Below, one piece after another: positions 60,028 to 64,000 of a DNA stretch of 64,000 bases. Source of the stretch: Callorhinchus milii (Eukaryota); NCBI RefSeq assembly GCF_018977255.1, contig NW_024704743.1:93312001-93376000 (forward strand), read 5' to 3'. The notes beneath the pieces are model-generated. The model was not told the DNA's origin. It made no database searches and worked only from the letters and a program-made list of their open reading frames with translations. The translations under genes and the position numbers were made by a program. Every line of letters starts with the position of its first letter. Within the stretch, counting starts at the first letter, position 1.

Positions 60028-63000
60028 TCTTTTATTCCAGAAAGAGTCACATCCACTGGTGGATGTGAACCACTGTTTTGTGCCTGTTTCTCATGAAGAA
60101 TTGGCAGCAACTCACTAACTCAACAAGGGAACAAGAGCAATTGTTGAACAAGATTTGCAAATTCAACAATCATCCTCACCTCAGCCTAAAATTTAAGAAA
60201 GGGGAGTTGTTGAGGGGAAAATGAGTATGATTCTCTATGAAATCCAACTGTAATAACAATAGCCCTTGCATTTTAAATACTGCCTCATCACATTGTCAAA
60301 AAGCCTCAAAACACTTCAGAAGATTTACTGTAAACTATACTGATTGCATATTTGTAAGAAAACATGTAAAACATGTCTGGTTTGTCAATTTGTTCCTGTG
60401 AAATGCATGAAAGCATTGGTGCATCACGAACAACAGAATAGCCAAATTATAAATGAGTGTGTACCATTACTACAAACAATAGATAACCACCTAGGTTTTA
60501 TGCCTTAAATTTGTATTACCTAACATGAATGACTGAGAGAGATAAACAGAGTAAGAAAAATACTGAGATAAATCCTGGTAAAAAATTTGCTTATGACATG
60601 GTCGCATAAGTCATAAGTGTCTACAGCCTTGACTTTACTCTTCATGTATTATTCCAATGTGCACTGTTTCTGAAAATAGGGTAAAGTGTTCCCCTGAAAA
60701 CCATTACACATGTAAGGCCTCTGCAGATACAGCAATGGAAATTACTACTCCGTTGGCATCATCACATGAGTGATTATAGTAGGAAGCTAAGCTGTGTTCC
60801 AATTATGCTTATGCTAATTTGAAGTGTTGTGTTTTTTTCAGTCGTTATTCTCTGGAGTCTTTTCCATCTATTCAGGAACAAAAACAAAATTGAATGGTAT
60901 TCAGTGGGTGCCAACAATGCTGAATGCCCTTTTATTTTGCAGCTTTTTTAAAAAAATGCACCTGTTCTCTTGCATAGAACATGTGCAAAAATGATTCTCT
61001 GTTAGGTCTAATGCTATAAATTTGGAGGAAGTTGCAGAGTAATTGACAAAAAGAATAATTCTGGTCTCATCTCAACATTCCCAAATAGTTATGGTGTATT
61101 TTATGTGTATGTGCATTTATAGCAGAAATGCCTCCAGATTCCTCAGTGGGCTCATTTCCAAATCACTTTCCTTTGAGCTTTGTCATGCTTGCAACATGAT
61201 ATCTATGACTATGTGATCTTGTTCCACGAGAGAAGGATTGCTGTGGGTAGAAAACTGTCAAGACTTGCTTGTGAAAACTATGATAACACTTCATTTCATT
61301 TAATTCTTCAGTGGCATTGGTTTCCAGGGTAACTATTTATAACATAACCTTCAGTCATTAATGGTAAACTTGCCAAAAGTTGACATCTATTTTCTTTCAT
61401 TTCCATCACACACTTCAACGCCTGCACCTATCTATTTATTATGTTCCCTGAATGCCCACATCTCGAGTTAGGAAGCATTTCTTGTCTTATATAAAAAAGT
61501 GTACCAGAAATTGACAAGGGAAAACAAAGTACATGAAGAGTGAATGAAAAACTCAAATTTTCTGACAATTGAGATTTAAACCTTGAAAAAACAATCTTAG
61601 ACCCATCCAATAGCATTAAAGGGCAGAATATTTATTTTGCAATATTATTTCATTTTGTATCAAATCTATCAGCTTCTAGTCTTCTCTGAGTTGAGACGAC
61701 ATAGAAAACCCTACTTGTCCAAAAACATTTTTTCATCAATATTAATGTAATTAATATTAATATTAATGCATTGTTGATATGATTGATACTGTAAACCAGA
61801 TCAAAATTTGTTACATGTAAGTCTGGTTAGAAGTGAGTGGTTCTATGCCACATCGAAAAAGATTCAATTGTATAATGTGCAAATATTGTCTGCTTTGTCA
61901 ACCTAAATGTCTCTGTTTCTTATCCACCATTCTGGATTCAGCTGCAGACAAATTCATTCATTCATTACCTATTATCTAGCTCCATTAATCAGGCAATCCC
62001 TTCAGTTCGTCTATTAAGTGGATTGTCCCAGAGCCTGGCTAAACTAAGAATGTGTGAAAATCATTACATCTATATTGTATTTCTAATTGTATTTCTCATA
62101 TAAGTCTCTGGCACATGTACGTTACCTTTGGAGATTGCCATAGGAATTTTCTAGTAGTGATTGTCATAGCAATCTATTCTTATATGACTTTAGACAAACA
62201 TATTTCCATTGTGGCTTTGGTACTTTCAGTCTGCGTTAAAGCATTGTAATTGAACGGAGATATTCCTGCAAAGATCATGAAAAGTGAAGTGTCCATGGTT
62301 TCCACATGACAAAGAGCCAAGAATTGCAGGAATTAATGAGCTGCATTTCACAGGCCACTGGAATTAAACTGTGGTCAAAGAAAGCATGATGAACCCTAAG
62401 TAGAAAGAAGGGACATTGATGCCAAATTGTGTGAAATCTCTAAGAGGTTAAAACTGGGAGTGTTGTAGTGGATGTGACTCATAAACATCTGTAATTTCCC
62501 CTGAATGTTTTTTGAAGCAGGTTTGACACAATGTAAAATATATCAGACCCCTGCTGCATTGAGGTGCCAGGCCTCATCAATTCCTGGCTTCAGTGGAGTC
62601 TGTTTTCTGCTGTCTGTCTAATGATACCCAAAGATCACATGTACACATTGGCAGGGGACACCACATACATTTTTGAAATTCCATGCAGGACATTTATGAT
62701 GTAAATTAAGATGTCTGATGTAATTTGGGAATTAAGGGGAAAACAGTTCTTTTGAACAAAATAAACTAGCCATTATTTATATAGTTACACAGACCGTACA
62801 GAGTGGAGACGTGTGGAGGGTAAGATGACTGAAGACAAAGTCTCTGGGAAGAGATAAAATGATTTTTGTGCATTTGAAACTGATGCCATATACATCAGCA
62901 CCTCTTGATTTTAGCTTCACACTGACCTTCAGCTGATTAAATGCTCTCTTCACTCAAATGATGGACATTCTGGAGGCCTTCCTTTGCCATTGTCAGCCAG

Positions 63001-63034
63001 TGCTGACAGTGCCACCAAATAGTGCTAAGGAACC

Positions 63035-63680
63035 CTAGCCCTCCCTCAGCCTTGGCCATTGACCACTAGAACTAAACCTTCTTCTTCACAGATGTCGGTC
63101 AGTCGACCATAAGACTGTAATGCCACAATACGCCCTACCTCTTTGACCTGCTCATAACACCACTCCTTTCCCTGCCCCCTTCGCTCAGCTAACAGAGGCC
63201 TACTGCACATCCCTGACCCCTCTGTGCCACCGTCAACAGCCATGCCATGTAGCCATGATATTTCTGCCTCAATCCCTCCAATTTGCTTGAAGAGCTCACT
63301 GGAGTAAAATAGTGATTAGGGGAAGTAAAAGAAAATTTAGGAGGATTTACTTCACATATAGCATAGTGAAAATGAGGGATTTGTTGCCCGAAGTGATAGT
63401 TGAATCAGATGCTATAGATTCAGATTTCTCATTTAAGAGAAAGCTAGACCTCTTATGAGAGAAAGGAGAATTGAAGGGTATGGGAGTGTAAGGAGAGAGT
63501 GGAGACACATATATGGAGTATAAACATCAGCATGGACTAGTTGGGCCGAATAACCTGTGTCCATACTGTACGATCAATGTAAATCTATGTAACTCGCTCT
63601 TCAATGTGCCTCTGGTCACCTCCCCAGCCCACTTCTCCCTTGTGCAGCGTCAAATCCTGCCATTTCACAATGCTCCAAGA
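63035..63680 (+). mobile_element. Old L2 3' end split by a CR1 3' end (about 63315-63593)
   Basis: L2-like CCCTACCTCTTTGACCTGCT...CTTCGCTCAGC; CR1 tail GTTGGGCCGAATAACCTGT...TCTATGTAACTC; L2 resumes near 63595. Confidence 0.65.
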
Positions 63681-63834
63681 TGCTATCCTGCATGAAGGGC
63701 ACAATATAATTGCAAGTTGTTGTATAACAACGGAACTCCTCAAAGCGCATTGCAGGGAATTGCTCTCAAGTGTTTTAAATATTGAATCCCTCTTTTTTAC
63801 AAACCGCAGCACAGAATTTTAACACCTCCAGTTC

Positions 63835-64000
63835 TTTGGTTGAGACATTAAACCGAAGTTCCATCTGCTTGTCCAGGTGGATGTTAATGATCCCATGGCA
63901 CTCGTTAAAAAGTGAAGGGAATTTCTCTCTTTATCTTGGACAACAACCTCCAAATAAAATGGGTCATTCACTTCATGATTGTTCGTGGGATATTGCTGTG
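63835..64000 (+). mobile_element. SacSINE1-like DeuSINE, runs off window edge
   Basis: GAGACATTAAACCGA...CAGGTGGATGTTAATGATCCCATGGCAC...Deu core. Confidence 0.85.

Noticed and set aside
62960..63030. LF-SINE-like fragment
   Set aside because: Similarity is limited to a couple of short words and cannot be supported by eye.
1..64000. Host protein-coding genes or a prokaryote-type system (operon, defence island, retron)
   Set aside because: The long ORFs are L2/CR1 fragments or their antisense frames; the rest are short, often lack ATG starts and have no recognisable domains. The RTs are non-LTR retrotransposon type.

Overview
This is non-coding, AT-rich vertebrate DNA, very probably from a cartilaginous fish (inferred from the repeat complement; possibly a chimaera such as Callorhinchus, species not established). 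I could not identify any host protein-coding gene, rRNA, genuine tRNA gene, CRISPR array or prokaryote-style operon. Almost every ORF in the track is a retrotransposon fragment or a chance reading frame. The window holds layered mobile-element remains: L2 LINEs (at least 2-3 subfamilies, one with a 478-aa RT ORF containing YADD), CR1 LINEs, decayed RTE and L1 fragments, a young tRNA-Ala-headed SINE (CORE-like segment, Deu-domain 3' half, L2-type tail), older SacSINE1-like DeuSINEs, six MER131-like relics, four copies of a repeat I cannot classify, and one Penelope-type terminal repeat. The most interesting signals are: (1) a 64-bp palindrome at 23048-23111 with a hammerhead ribozyme core on each strand; (2) a 3' hairpin shared by SINE and L2 that shows compensatory changes, with the youngest SINE copies carrying the L2 loop; (3) recurrent ultra-short hairpin-plus-tail insertions, one antisense inside the loop of another L2 hairpin; (4) the unclassified repeat family; (5) repeat-free, motif-rich stretches that may be enhancers. 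Family names are from memory of consensus sequences and need a Dfam/Repbase search. Boundaries of old elements are approximate.
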